Assembly (NCBI RefSeq): GCF_000143415.4
Contig: NW_003314291.1
Coordinates: 42,733-106,732, forward strand
Direction: 5' to 3'
Length of the DNA: 64,000 nucleotides
From: Selaginella moellendorffii
Lineage: Eukaryota; Plantae; Lycopodiophyta
Under the pieces are notes generated by a model, which did no database searches, was not told the DNA's origin, and saw only the letters and a list, made by a program, of their open reading frames with translations. Both the position numbers and the translations under genes were made by a program. Shown one piece after another: positions 46,092 through 59,093 of the stretch (positions are counted from its first letter, which is position 1; each line of letters starts with the position of its first letter).

Positions 46092-46165
46092 TGTCTGAAC
46101 CCAGGTTCGAACTGGGGACCTCTAGTGTGTGAGACTAGCGTGATAACCAACTACACCATCCAGAC
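46092..46165 (-). tRNA. trnV-CAC: tRNA-Val(CAC)
   Basis: GTCTGGATGGTGTAGTTGGTTATCACGCTAGTCTCACACACTAGAGGTCCCCAGTTCGAACCTGGGTTCAGACA folds as a cloverleaf with A/B boxes and anticodon CAC. Confidence 0.96.
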
Positions 46166-46199
46166 ATGATATATAGGTGTACAGTTACACAATAAATAA

Positions 46200-48370
46200 T
46201 TGTTAAAAACTTAACAAACTTAAGTAGTTCTTTAGCAGCATATTATTTGAATAAATTCATTTCTCCTCAACAATACTACAACATTCGTTGCACTATGCAA
46301 ACCCATTTAGTTTGCTTTGTAAAAGTAATATTTTTTTGTTATTAATGCTATCTAGAATATTATAAATACAATAGAATTGGGTATTTTTATGGCTAAAAAC
46401 TATTATGAATTGAAGAATTTATTAATTTTATGTAAGAATTTATAATATCCTAAAATTGATAATATAATTTGTTTTAAATTATTAAGTTCTTATTTTAAGT
46501 ATAAAATAACTGAGAACATAATTAAATTCTTAAATATAAAGAAATATCCTATACTATGCAGTATGCTCTCTAAGGACCATATTTTATTAGTGATAAATAA
46601 CTGTTAAACCTTAACTAACAGCAAAACCATTAGGAATATCTTAAAATATACTTGAATATTTTAGGTACCTTATGCTAAAGCAAACCAAACATAACTAACT
46701 ATTTAATAGAAGTGAATTTATTCTTCTATATATATAATGATAGTAACCTAAATCACTATATTTTTTATTAAAATATTGTTTAATTTATATAAGAATTAGA
46801 ATATATAAGTATATTCTATGATATCAAATGAATGATTGTGATTTTCTACAATTATATATTGTTTACTTTATTTATAATTTTTTCCCCACTTAATAATAAC
46901 AAATAAAAGTTTTTAAACTATCCAGAATTGTAGTTGTTAATCCTTTAGATCTTTATAAACCACTAGGAAAAATTACCCACCTACATAAACTCTAAACTTT
47001 AAAGTTAAGTTATTAAACTTATAAAAATAACATTATTGAGTTTTATAATTTTACACTCAATTGTTTTTCTATAATCTAGAGGGTATGAAGATTCATTAAT
47101 TTAAATTTAAATTTAATTTATTTAGGATTGATAGGTTGATAGTTAAGAATTAAAAACTTAAAGTGAATTAGAATTATTCAAAAACTAAAGATTTTTATAA
47201 TAATTTTCATTAAAAAATCCTAATTGAGGAAAAAGCTCTCATTTAGAGAAGGAAAAAGTTTATAATAATGATTCCCTACCATTTGTCATATTGTATTAAG
47301 GCCTCAATCTTAATAATTACTAGCCTTGTTATAATAAAAAGTATATTAGAATATACATCTAAAGACAAACTATTATGAAAATTGCTAAAATGTTTTAAAA
47401 CTAGATTAAATAATTTTCTTCTCAGCATAAAAAATTACTTTATATAGTATTATATTATTCTTATTTTTTTTAAAATAAAATATTTGCTACATATGTTTAA
47501 AAAAAACTTATAAATTTGAGTATAGGCAAATTAATATTCACTTTGGCAAACACCAAAATAAATCCATCTTCAATAATAAAATAAAGTAAAAACATTTTTA
47601 TTTTTAAATATTCTTACCTTTAATTTAAATATGTTTTTTATAGTTTAACTAATTAATAGGTTAAGGTATTTTAAGTTATATAAAAATAATAAAAGAAATT
47701 TTATTAGAGATTTTTTTTAAATACATAATTTTAAGATTAATTTTACTTTATAGTTATAATAATTTGTTATGCTGCAAAAATATTTAGTTTACTTTTAAAA
47801 ACTAGGGTGAAGTGTAACAAAAAGTGTGAATAATCAAACTAGTAGGTAAGAGATGTAAACCAAACAAACAAATGGGTAAATGAGATTATAAATGACACAC
47901 AAGAAAGTATAAAAATGACAAACAAAACAAAAAATGCATTAATAAAAAAAACAAAAGAAAATTTGTATGCCATATCATTACTATATATACAGAAAATGTA
48001 AATTTAAATAGTGTTTAATAAGAAGTACTTTAACTAAATGTAATTATGCTATGGTTCAAAATGTTTTATAATTTAAAAGAAACTAAAAGATGTAGATGTC
48101 TCTTGCTAATCTAGAGTATAGTATTACAAGTAATTCATAACTGGAACCTACAAAGTTACTGAAAAAGAAAAAAAAAGAAGAAGGAAATATGTATCTACCA
48201 CCAGCTAAATATATTTTATAGTAGAAAAAGAAGTTTAAAAGCGAAAAATCACAACCGTTAGATTAAGGTATATCCTAAAATATACCTGGAGATTCGTAAT
48301 ATATTCCCAAAAATAAAATACTAACGAAAAGTTTAAATAAACACATTTCTCTAAAATAAAACTCCAGTAA
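46200..48370. other. Extremely AT-rich non-coding block (a similar block lies at 50870-51690)
   Basis: Compositional island without ORFs; possibly decayed non-autonomous TE. No termini identified. Confidence 0.5.
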
Positions 48371-48450
48371 AAATGTCATTAAGAAGGAAGAACCCGACCG
48401 TTATAGCAAACCCTGATCTTAGGGTTCATCCGAGCAGTGGATCCGCGACG

Positions 48451-49562
48451 ATGAGCAGTGGGCGCGGCAGCTACTTCCCGAAATGCAGGAAGGACGCGCA
48501 ATGCAAGTGCTCGATGTGTGTGGATAGCTTGAATGCTACTCGAGATCTTCGCCCCAGCGGCTCCTCTTCTAGGCGAGGAATGCTTGGGCCTCTCAGAAAT
48601 GCCCTCAGCAGAGCATTTGGATCCCCTCTTCCTTCACCTGGAGATCACAGGTTTAGTAGCCCCTCCCTCTTCGATTTCTCCTCTCCGAGTGTTTCTTCCA
48701 CGGCGCGCGGCGGCTCCGCGGTCCTGGAGCCAGTCTTTGAAGAGATTGCGGCAGAGAAATCGGTGGCCTCCTCGAAGAGGGATTCCTTCCCCAGATCTAG
48801 ACGGAGATGGCTCCTCTGGGTGTTGGCGGTGGCCACGGCAGTGACGATCTTCGCAGAAATCGTTGCGCCGGTGATCCTGGCTCGCCAATTTCGAGCCCAT
48901 CTCAGCCCTGGAGCAGTGATCGAAATGGCCACCGCGTCGAGAGCTAGAATCAGGCCCGCGGACAGGATAGGATTCCTCCAGCACAGGATCCAGCGCGTGT
49001 TTCGTGGCAAGGAGATCTCCAATTGCACAGGGAGCTCCACGAAGTGGACGCTTGCCGAGGTAGACCTCCCTCCTCTCCTTTTGGAAAGCTCTTTTGATCT
49101 GCGATGCTTCCACAGGATGGAGCATTGATCCACTCGAGATGCCGCCTCTACTCGTCCCCCGCGGAAGAGCTCTCCATCTGGGGCTACCCGATCGTCACAG
49201 CCGGTGTTCTTGGCAGGAGACCCGCGGATCGTTTAATGTTTGTTCTTGCCGGCCGAGTGATCGAGGTACTGCTTTGCTTCCTTCCCTTCTTTTATGATCG
49301 ATCCATGGTTTTCTCTTGCCAGTGGAAGGAGGGACAACTTGACTACACGATCCACGAAGAAGGCGAGTGGTGGAACCACCATCGCTGGGCAGCCTCGGTG
49401 ATCCATCTCGACAAAAACACTTGGATCGTGCAGTACAGCGCTGGAAGCTTTGATGCGGGGAGTTTTCTTGCGGGCGCTGGTTACATGACGAAGAGGATCG
49501 TCAATTCCTGTTTAAAGTATCGCTTCACGTTTCCTTCCACTGTATTGACAATTCCAACGTAG
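48451..49562 (+). CDS. Plant ERG2/sigma-1 receptor-like membrane protein (2 introns)
   Basis: N-terminal CRKDAQCKCSMC..SLNATRDL, one TM helix. LAGRVIE|WKEG and KNTWIVQY resemble sigma-1 ISGTFHQWREG and PNTWMVEY (recalled). Introns ~49060-49115 and ~49267-49322. Confidence 0.75.
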
Positions 49563-50639
49563 AAGATTTTACACCTTGTAAAGTTGACGTTAAGTTCTCT
49601 TTACATCAAATCTCGTTTCATACGACAACAACATCAATGTTTCTATCCCCGCTTCTTGCTCCAGTGCTTGAGTTATGTCCTTCGCTCCAGCAATTCTCTG
49701 GAGCAAATCACCCACAAGATTGAGCTCCTGATCTTTGTGACCCCTTTTGTTCTTGAATGCTCAAATCAAAATCCCATTCTGGGACTGATAGCAAAAGGAG
49801 TCGTCACTGTGTGCTTGAGATCTTGCTCTAGTCAAGGGAGATCCTTACCACCTTCTTCCCTTTAGGATGGGTCGTTTTGATCATTTTCTTTTCTGTGCTC
49901 TTGGGGGAGCAAGAATCTCTGTAAAGGTGATGCATGTCAGTTGGGTTTAGTCTGTATAAGATCTTGTCGATGTAGATTTTGTGCCTCTGTGAAGATCAAA
50001 ATCTCGTACAAACTGTTCAATCTCTTCCAAGAATTTATCCAAGCCAGGCCTCTTGGCGACTAGAAAGCGTTCAAGCGGAATGACTCTCCCACTAAAAAGC
50101 TTCAACGTGATCATTGTGGTTGGAGATGCCAGAGGGGATATGGCAGCTGCAGCTAGAGCTAAAACACAACACCAGATGCTGCTGCAATCTCCTGTTGCAA
50201 ATCGCAGCTGAATAAGTTGTTTCGCTCTCTCGTTTTCAATAATTAATGTAAGTGTGGTTGAAAGTTCTATGCTGGAACTCTGAGATTTTCAGCAAGGAAA
50301 TTGGATGACTAGTCTTGACCAAGTTGCCGTGCTCGCAAGAGAAGTGAACGTTTCAGGTGCACTAGGAAATCTTTCCATTTGGTTACTTTAACTAGTGGTA
50401 ATTGGATGCAAAGGCCAACCAGGTCTTGATCAAGTCCCAAGAAACTGTGGTCAACGATTATCGGTGGCCTGTGGCTCCTTGAAGAGGGTTTCCTTCTTCT
50501 CTAGATGTCCTCTGGTGGTGATCTTTTTATCGTCGCCTGGCACATCAAACTTGAGCCTATCTCAGCCATGGAGCAGTGCTCGAAATACCAACAGAGTTTA
50601 GAGCTAGTGGACTCATGCCAAAGTAGATCTCATCTGCAG

Positions 50640-50840
50640 TTCCATAGGATGGAGCATTGATCATTCGAAATGCCCCATGTATTTGTCCACGGCTCTCCAT
50701 TTCAGGCTCTGTCACTGCCACTGTTCTTGGCACAGATCGTTTGATGTTTGTTCTTGCCAGTAAAGTACCTTACTGTGTTATATCTTCCCTTAGAGGGACA
50801 ATAGGGTTCATAAAGAAAGTGGGTGGTCTATCTTGAGAAA
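50640..50840 (+). pseudogene. Fragment of the ERG2/sigma-1-like gene
   Basis: AGGATGGAGCATTGATCA and GATCGTTTGATGTTTGTTCTTGCC match 49114-49250. Confidence 0.75.
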
Positions 50841-51705
50841 ACTTTAGATTTGCAAGTTGTTTTCATTTCAAATGGTAAATAAATAAAATTAATGTTAAAT
50901 TAAAACACTAAGTAATTAAATAAATTTTTTAAATATTTTTTAAAATTAAAAAAGTATGATATGCTAATTAATGTTGAAAGAAGCATTTTCACATAAATAT
51001 TTTACTTTAAACATTTCTATAATACATATAAATTTATCATATGTTAAAATACATGATAAATTAAGTATTATTAGAGCATGTGGCCTGGTGGTAGAGCAAT
51101 TAATGAAAGAAAACAAAATCAGAAATACACTAACATAAATTAAAATAAACAAATAAATATAGTTTAATTAATAATAAATATAACAACAAAAAATAATTTA
51201 AAAGTTTTCAACAATTTGTTTTGTATTATGATTGATTAATCAAAATAGAAGTATTATCTATATTTTACAAAATTTATTTTATACAATAATTTTTTATAAA
51301 ACCTTTATTAAAAGATATTTAACCTTATTTTTTATATTATTTTTATTTAGTAATGTATTTTAAATAAATCCAAACTGTATTTTTTTCTATCTTTTAGACC
51401 ATATTTGTGCTTTTTTAAAAAATTATAAAATTAAAAATAAAAGTAGATCCAATAATATTCTATAAACTTCACAATATAAAAAATTTAAATTTGAATATAA
51501 AATTTTTATTCTAAAATTAAAACATTAAATATACAAATACAACTTCTTAAATATTCATTTGTTCAAATAATCATATATACTATATATTGAAAATATAAAT
51601 AGTATGTTTGTTAGATGTTGAAATTAAAACAATTATTTTTACATTAATATATATTAAGTATTAATCTATGAAATTTTAAAATAACTAAATAACGCGATTC
51701 TCTCT

Positions 51706-53274
51706 TTAGGGCTTGACCATGTTGGCTAGAAGTGAGAGCCACGAAGACGAGCTATCCCCATCTATCCGGAGGAGATCCCTGGCCACTACCACTCCCCGCG
51801 CGACATCCTCGTGAGTCTTACACGCCGCCATCAAGCTCACCCTGGCCGCGGCGTCGCCCGGGAAGGGCATTGCCTTGAGCAGCTCCTGGGCGTCTCCCAA
51901 TCGCCCGCACCGCGCCAGGACGTCGATCACGCAGCTGTAGTGATCGTGGCTCGGGGAGTCGATCGTCCCGGCGAAATCGCCGCTCGCGATCGACGCGAAG
52001 CAGCAACACGCGGCGCGGGAATCGCCGCCGTGGCTCAGCGCCGCCAGCACGCTCTTGATCGTCGTGGCGTCTGCGGCCACGCCCTCGAGCAGCATCTCCT
52101 GGAAGAGATCCAGCGCAGCGGCGCCGCCTGGCCGCCGCCCATGCGCCGCCACCATCGCGTTCCACGACGCGGGATCCTTCTCGGGCATGGCGTCGAAGAA
52201 CACCCTTGCGCGATCAATGTGGCCGGATTGGGAGAAGATCGCGACGACGGCGGTGAGGGTGATGAGATCCCAGGCGGGCATCCGGTGGAGGAGGAGATCC
52301 GAGCTCTCGAAGCTCTGAGCGCTGGCGGCGAGCATCGCGTTCCAGGAGGCGATGTTCTTCCCGGGCATCGCGACAAAGATCTTGCGCGCGGCGGCGGCGG
52401 AGTCTCGCGCGTGTGCTCGCAGCAGCGCTGTCCACGACACGATGCTCCACTGCGGCATCTTGTGGAAGACGGCAGTGGCGGCGCCAAGGTGGCCGGAGTC
52501 GCCATAGCCGCCCACCATCGCCGTCCACGCCGCCACGCTCCGGATCTCCGCGAGGGAATCGAATGCGTTCTTGGCGGCCTCGAGCTGGCCGATTTGGATG
52601 TATTTTTGCAGCGTTGCGAGGTTGGAGACGCTGTTCCAGGCGGGCATTTTATCGCGGATCGCTAGAAACTCTTGGTTTTCTTCTCTAGAGGCATTTGCTT
52701 GGAGAAGGCACGTCCAGCTCACAATGTCTCTTTTGGTCATCTCGTCAAAGAGGCATCTTGCGTCATTAACAAGGCCTCGGTCTCCTAGAGCGGCTAGAAC
52801 AGTGTTGCAGGACACGGAGTCTTTAACCGGCATCTTGGAGAACAAATCCTTCATTTTTTGCAGATGCCCGTGCACGGCATATGCTGCAAGCATGGCATTC
52901 CATGACACTTGATCGTACATGGGCATTCTTTGATAGATTAGCTCAACTTGTGAGAAGAAGTCTCTTGTTATCATGGTGTTCCAAGAAACGAGACTTTTGC
53001 AGGGCATCACATAGAAAATCTCCTGAGCTTTAAGTGTTTGCCCACACTTGGCATATGCTAGGAGGAGAATGTTACACAAGATTGCGTTCCACTGCGGCGA
53101 GGCGTTGAACATTTCTATGAGATTTTCGAGGTAACCATTGTCTCCGTACATTTTAAGCATGATGCCCCACGTCACGGCATTCTTTTGTTGCATATCATCA
53201 AAAGAAGACTTTGCCAGAGAAAAATGCCCATTATGGGCATAAGTTACTAGCAGAAAATTCCTCGACTTTAGCAT
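51706..53274 (-). CDS. PPR protein (short-repeat-rich, partial E domain), probably 5'-truncated or chimeric
   Basis: Repeated MPxxxxVSWNAML motifs; HYSCVIDVLARCG. Confidence 0.8.
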   Translation of the reverse strand: MLKSRNFLLVTYAHNGHFSLAKSSFDDMQQKNAVTWGIMLKMYGDNGYLENLIEMFNASPQWNAILCNILLLAYAKCGQTLKAQEIFYVMPCKSLVSWNTMITRDFFSQVELIYQRMPMYDQVSWNAMLAAYAVHGHLQKMKDLFSKMPVKDSVSCNTVLAALGDRGLVNDARCLFDEMTKRDIVSWTCLLQANASREENQEFLAIRDKMPAWNSVSNLATLQKYIQIGQLEAAKNAFDSLAEIRSVAAWTAMVGGYGDSGHLGAATAVFHKMPQWSIVSWTALLRAHARDSAAAARKIFVAMPGKNIASWNAMLAASAQSFESSDLLLHRMPAWDLITLTAVVAIFSQSGHIDRARVFFDAMPEKDPASWNAMVAAHGRRPGGAAALDLFQEMLLEGVAADATTIKSVLAALSHGGDSRAACCCFASIASGDFAGTIDSPSHDHYSCVIDVLARCGRLGDAQELLKAMPFPGDAAARVSLMAACKTHEDVARGVVVARDLLRIDGDSSSSWLSLLANMVKP

Positions 53275-53309
53275 AGCCCTAAACCCTTCCCCCTATAATT
53301 TCAGGTTTC

Positions 53310-53510
53310 TTTGATGTTTCTCGAGGTACTCCTTCCTATGATCAATCCAGTGGAAGGAGGGACAAAGTAGGCTATATGATCCACAAGGAAGGACGAAAAA
53401 AAAAAACCTAGATCAGCAGCGGAAGCTAGTTTTCTCGCGGGCGCTGGCTACATGGCAAAACTGTTTTGACAATTCCAACACTACACGGGTTGACGCTAAG
53501 ATAAATCTCG
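53310..53510 (+). pseudogene. Fragment of the 3' end of the ERG2/sigma-1-like gene
   Basis: CCAGTGGAAGGAGGGACAA, TTTTCTCGCGGGCGCTGGCTACATG and TTGACAATTCCAAC match 49260-49615. Confidence 0.8.
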
Positions 53511-54789
53511 TAGATTTTTCTATCACAACTAACTTGGTGTTGTTCACTTTAGGCCATTGTTAACAAAAGTCTTCATCTCGGGTCATTAATTGCTGCGTTT
53601 GGAAGTTTAACATTTGCAACACTTGGAGACACAATGTTCCATGCTAATGTCCTTTTGCTAGAGAGGCATAACACCTGGGTTGTTGCAAATTATTATGTAG
53701 GTCCAATTACAACTCTTCACATGCCCACCCCACTGTGCCAGTCTCAAGAGCCTGATAGCAATTCTGATGAACAGGAGTACTACACCAGGTGCTGCTTGTA
53801 AAGATTCTTTAGAAAGTCAGTGTAGTGTGTTGGATATTTTATTATTTTTGTTGTTAGTGTTATTATTAATATTGCACTATTAGTTATTTTTATGACTAAC
53901 AAGTTGAAGGTTTTAATAATTATTTTATTTTAAAATAAGAACATTTTACATATATAATAGCCTAAAAATGATAATATAATATTTTTATAAGGTTCAAGTG
54001 TACAAGTACAATGCCATATATTTATATTTCTATATATAAGCTAAAGTTTTTAGCCTAATTGATATGCACATTTTTGTATTCCCATTTTATATTTCATGCA
54101 ATCACATTAAGGAGTGCTTTGATTTGGGATTTTGGTTTTAATTTAGCTTTTGCATTTTCCTAGTCTCACTTTTTTTTATAGCTTTTTCAATTTTATTTTT
54201 TTCATTTTCGTTCATCTTCATGGCAAAGTAGTAACTTACTCCTCCTTTGACTTTAAAGCAACAAATAGTGCAATTACTCAATGTTATGTAGTTGTAGTTA
54301 AACAATCAAACTTAATTGATAGTGGCATTTACAGCACATGGTACAATTCTTCCCACTCTTACTACTAATCTTTGCATTCAACAAAAGTTTTTCCATAAGA
54401 ATTTTAAGGATGATAGGTACCATTGATTTGATCATTTTACAATGATTATTACTTATCATTTTTGGGATGATGTTCAGCATTTACATGAGTTTCCCACGTG
54501 CCTCCAAGGGATGGCATTGTGGTGGTGCAATGGTTTAAGTGCAGCCAACTGGAACATTTTCTTAGATGTTTTTTAGTGCACATTTGGACATGCTAATGAT
54601 TATGATGATGTCTTTTAACAATTGTATCATCTTTATCAAAGGCTATTTAAGTTAGTGATCTAATTTAGTGTTTTCTTCTCTTGATAAAATTATGTGTTTA
54701 GCCCAAGGAACAAAAGGACAAGAATACAAAGTGATTTGGAATAGACCTAAAACTTTTAATATCCTAACCAAATGGAGTCTAATGCTATT

Positions 54790-56730
54790 TCAGCATATTG
54801 GTGGACTAATATGAGGATATGGGTATTCCACCAACTAGCATGGTGTGAAACTTGGGCTTAGACCCAAGTCGAACACAGAACAAGAATAAGCACACAAACG
54901 GAGCTAAACTATGTAGCTTCAAGTTGCTCAGCCATGCTCAACCTACCCACTATCTTAACTATATTTTTGGAACCCCCCACAACCCCTCCCTAGAGAAACA
55001 CACTTTGGGCTTTCACCCTTAGTCACAGAGACTAACTCAAAACTTACTAAATATATAATAACATTAAATTGCAAATTGGATATGGGCCTAGCACTATTGT
55101 GTTCAGGACAATCTATACATTTCATAGCTATGCTAAATTAGCAAATTTAAACACTTTCCATAAATAGCAATTGGAACTGAATGAAACTAATACAAAATGC
55201 ATGATAGTGATGGTGTTTGACAAACTTGGTAAGCTATCATTTGGCAAATATTAAGGGAATAAACTCAATATTGTGGGGGTTCTCACACTAGCAACTACAA
55301 GTCAGCATATGAATTTCTTCTACCGGGCCGAGTATGCTCAGTAAAAAATACATAGGAGTTCCTACTTTATATTTATCTGGCATAAGTATATATAGGATGA
55401 TCAGTTTCTCAATTAGTTTAGGTGGAAATTAATAAAAGGTCCAGCAATACTAACCTCTTGCCATCGTGGTAGTAAGGAAAGAATATATGAAACGACTAAC
55501 TGATAGATAATTTTTGATATTCATAGTCATATTCGCAACAATATCAAAGGCAATTAAAATCATCAATAATCAATACCCTCAAATCAAATCAAACAATAGT
55601 TACCTCAACTTGCTACTCAATTCATTTTGAATATTAATATAGTTGCAAACTAGCAAAATGCACAAATGTTAACAATATAAATATATAACCAAATCATCAA
55701 TATCATCTTTATTAATACTAGTAAAACTAAATGTCAATATTTAAAGAAAGCCCAATTGATCACCAACTATCTAAATCATCACAGATGGAAAATTTAACTT
55801 TCTTAATATGCCCATGGAAAAATATTTCATCTCACTCTAATCTTAACTCTAATAATATTAATATCAAGACATTATTTTAATATCATCAACACTAAAATAA
55901 AGCTAAAAGATAATAAGAGTAAATCACTACTCAACACCAAGCTAACCAAAGTTGAAAGTACTATATTTAGTATTTGAAACCAATCCTTCAATAATACCTA
56001 ATTACACATTAATAAAGAGTGAATATTCATGTCCACAACTCAATGTAATTCATTACCACAAATAACAAGATGATCCTTTGTAGTACCATATGACAAACAG
56101 ACTCATCACTGCTAAATAATCATTTACCTAAGCATAATCCTTGACTAAAATTATGAGCAATCACTAGTTACAAAGCAACTAACTATCATTGTTCAATCTG
56201 CCTTCATATAATTTAGCATCAAACTCATGTCATAAAGCCATATACTTATAAAATAAAAAAGTATCAATGTAGGTAACAATATATAGAATATGGATAAAAT
56301 CTTACAATAATAAACCCATCTATACATTTAGGTAATAGTACAATATGGATATATAAAAATATAATCTTTGTGATCAAGTCTTAAATATAAAGCCAAAACA
56401 TTAACACCAAATGTGCATATCTAAACCCTATGGAAAATTACCATAACATAACAATCACCATAACTAAAACCCTAGAGTTAACTTCTATTTTTATATAAAT
56501 TGAAATTTAACCCTTGTGTTAAAGGCAATAGTGTGGAACTCAAGTTTCAAAGTCTTAACCTATAAAGGAATGGAATTAAACTTCCAAGCATATAACAAAC
56601 AAGTAAAAGAATAGAAGTATGGAACAATATTGGAATAGTCTTAAAGCATTTTAATGCCCAAAACTAATATGTGAAATATAGCCAAACAAAGTTGATGGTC
56701 TAACGTAAAAATTATAGATACTTCACCAAC
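54790..56730. repeat. Inverted copy of the AT-rich dispersed repeat at 3560-5400
   Basis: Reverse-complement similarity in several blocks. Confidence 0.7.
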
Positions 56731-58859
56731 TCATATGGTATAAAGCTTAAGCTTTGAAGCCAAACACAAAATAATGACAAAACACCCTCAACAAAGAGTT
56801 ACATAATATTATTCCTATTATACATTTGAAGCCCTTTATAAGCAAGTCTCCTCATGCACTGGTTTCCCTTACACCAACCTCTGATTTGAAAATTAACTTT
56901 CTTTCCTTATGAGAATTCTTGTGTAGCCTCCAAATAGTCTCCAATTCCTGCTTGAGTGGTTTAGAAACTTTCCAGAGTACTCAAGGAATGAGTTGTACTT
57001 GTTGGGGGAGAGCTGCTCTGCTAAGTTATGCTACCAAGTCACTGTGATCAAGCCATAAGTAGGTCATTTATGAAAAATTTGGACCACATTGCCCATGGTA
57101 AACATCATCAACCTGAAAGGATTCTCAGTAAGATATTGTGAAATGGACAACACAAAAGAGCAGCTTTTATACCACAGTTTGGGAATGCATGGACTGATCC
57201 TGCTCATGACATGCGAGGCGATGTTGAATTTTACTACAGTCACTCTTCATTCCAGAGAAGACTTACAACGCGCTGTAAACTGTGATTTTTCCACCATGCA
57301 CCCAATCCTCAGGGTTCCATAAATCCAAACTGTCAAGGAGCTTTGGCCATCACGAACCGCTTGATAAGTGGACTTACATTTACAAACCTCCATGTAAACG
57401 GTCGTCTATCACGGTAAACTCCGAAGTGGACATTTGTTGACTGAGTTCTCGTGGACATTTGTTGTATGAGTTCTCCGGGAAAGACGTTCAGAGTCGTTCA
57501 CGCACGGCAGGGACATCACCAAGGTATCTAGTTAATGCTACAAAACGTACCTTTCATATGAACTTGCTTCAACTCGGACCCCTCTTGATGAGTACGAAAA
57601 ACATCCAAGATCAAGTACTTGTATTACAATTCCGATCAACAGGGCGTGAATCTTTGAGCCTTGCACACTTGACGCTGCCTAGAAGATATGTTCGTGTTGC
57701 CCCTCATCATTTAGCCAGAAGTCACCCGTCATTGGAGCGTATGCTAGAAAATCCTCTGAAACATGATAGAATTAGATAAGTCAGAGAAAACGGAAAGCAA
57801 AGCAAGAATTACCTAAGACTGGCCTCGGTTCTTGAGTATGAATAGGCTCCTCAACATCGATGCTCCTCCTCGTCGCCGTCAAACTCTGGAGCGCGGCTCC
57901 ACGGCAACCGACCTGTCCAACTGTGCTCTCTCATCGGTTCTCCTCGACTTCTCTTCCGCCTCAGCCTTCATCTTTCGACGCTCCTCGTTTAGCCTCCCCA
58001 AAGCTTTGCATCTGATACACGTCTAGATCAGCTCGAGCCTTTTAGCAATCTCAACAGAGCCTCGAAGGCTGGCAAGAAGATATTGTTGGTGATTTTTTTT
58101 CATCAAAGCGTTCCCTCCTGTGGGTTGCTGCTCCCTTCTATCATCTCAACACCACTTCTGTCTCAGAGTTGACTGATTCCGCAGCTGGTGTGTGGGCTTG
58201 CGCTGCTTTAGCTGCCCGAGTAGCTGTTACTGCTGCCTGAGATTTTGCTTCAACCTATTTTGGTTTCTCCCCAACAATGCATAGTATAAACCAACCACAA
58301 ACTTACAAGCGAGCTGCATTTCCATTGCACAGAAGACTGCCTCGCACCCTGTCTAATGATGCTTTATTTACATGCAGTCTTTTGAAGATAGCTGGCTGAA
58401 TATTGTGCCATGTCCGGGATTTTATAAGATTCTCAACTACATAAGGAAGGAACCCACCGGTCTTCGTCACTGAAAACAGTTGGTTTCTGAAACATCCTAC
58501 AGGATTCAACCACGCATGCTTCTTATGAAACTTCGAAATGGTCAAGCGATAAGGTCTTGTCAAATGCAAATGTGTCATGGTCGTGTACACTGTGTCACCT
58601 TCCTCCAAAATTCAATCTATGGGCGAAATCGAGAAACTGGTAGATCATGAAGCTAAAGTCTTTCCAGAAACTGGTAGATCATGGAGCTAAAGTCTTTTAG
58701 CAAAATATGTAATTGCGATGCGAACAAAACTGCGCTCTAGGTTTTCAAAAGTTGTGATGGACTTTGCTTGCAACCCCCCCGCTATATAAATGCGCCCCGC
58801 CTCTCCATTCAATCAAACACTGCTCAGCTCTATCCATAGTTAAAGTGCTACTGTTTGCA

Positions 58860-59093
58860 ATGGCGTCCCTTCGTGCTTTCGCTGCTTTCTTCTTGTGCAT
58901 GCTCGTTGTTGCAATGGTGGAGCACGCCAATGTGGTGGAAGCTCAATGTGATACAGGCGGTCCCTGTTGCGGTCGTCAGGGTAGAGGACGCCGCTGCAAC
59001 TCGGGCCTGTGCTGCAGCCAGTTTGGCTACTGCGGATCGACATCGGAGTACTGTGGCGCGGGCTGCCAGCGCGGCTATGGGAGATGCAACTAA
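58860..59093 (+). CDS. Secreted hevein-like 10-Cys peptide, copy 3 (recent duplicate of copy 1)
   Basis: Near-identical promoter/TATA (58783-58790) and signal peptide; mature [49 protein letters not shown]. Confidence 0.92.
   Translation: MASLRAFAAFFLCMLVVAMVEHANVVEAQCDTGGPCCGRQGRGRRCNSGLCCSQFGYCGSTSEYCGAGCQRGYGRCN

Noticed and set aside
46200-48370. Organellar insertion or Helitron/MITE
   Set aside because: No organellar genes, TIRs or Helitron termini could be identified by eye.
49590-50620. HAD/TPP-like fragment (NGIL..EH..KGVTK) on the - strand
   Set aside because: Similarity too weak and interrupted to name.
58630-58700. ~32-bp tandem duplication upstream of hevein copy 3
   Set aside because: Simple local slippage near the duplication edge; no evident function.
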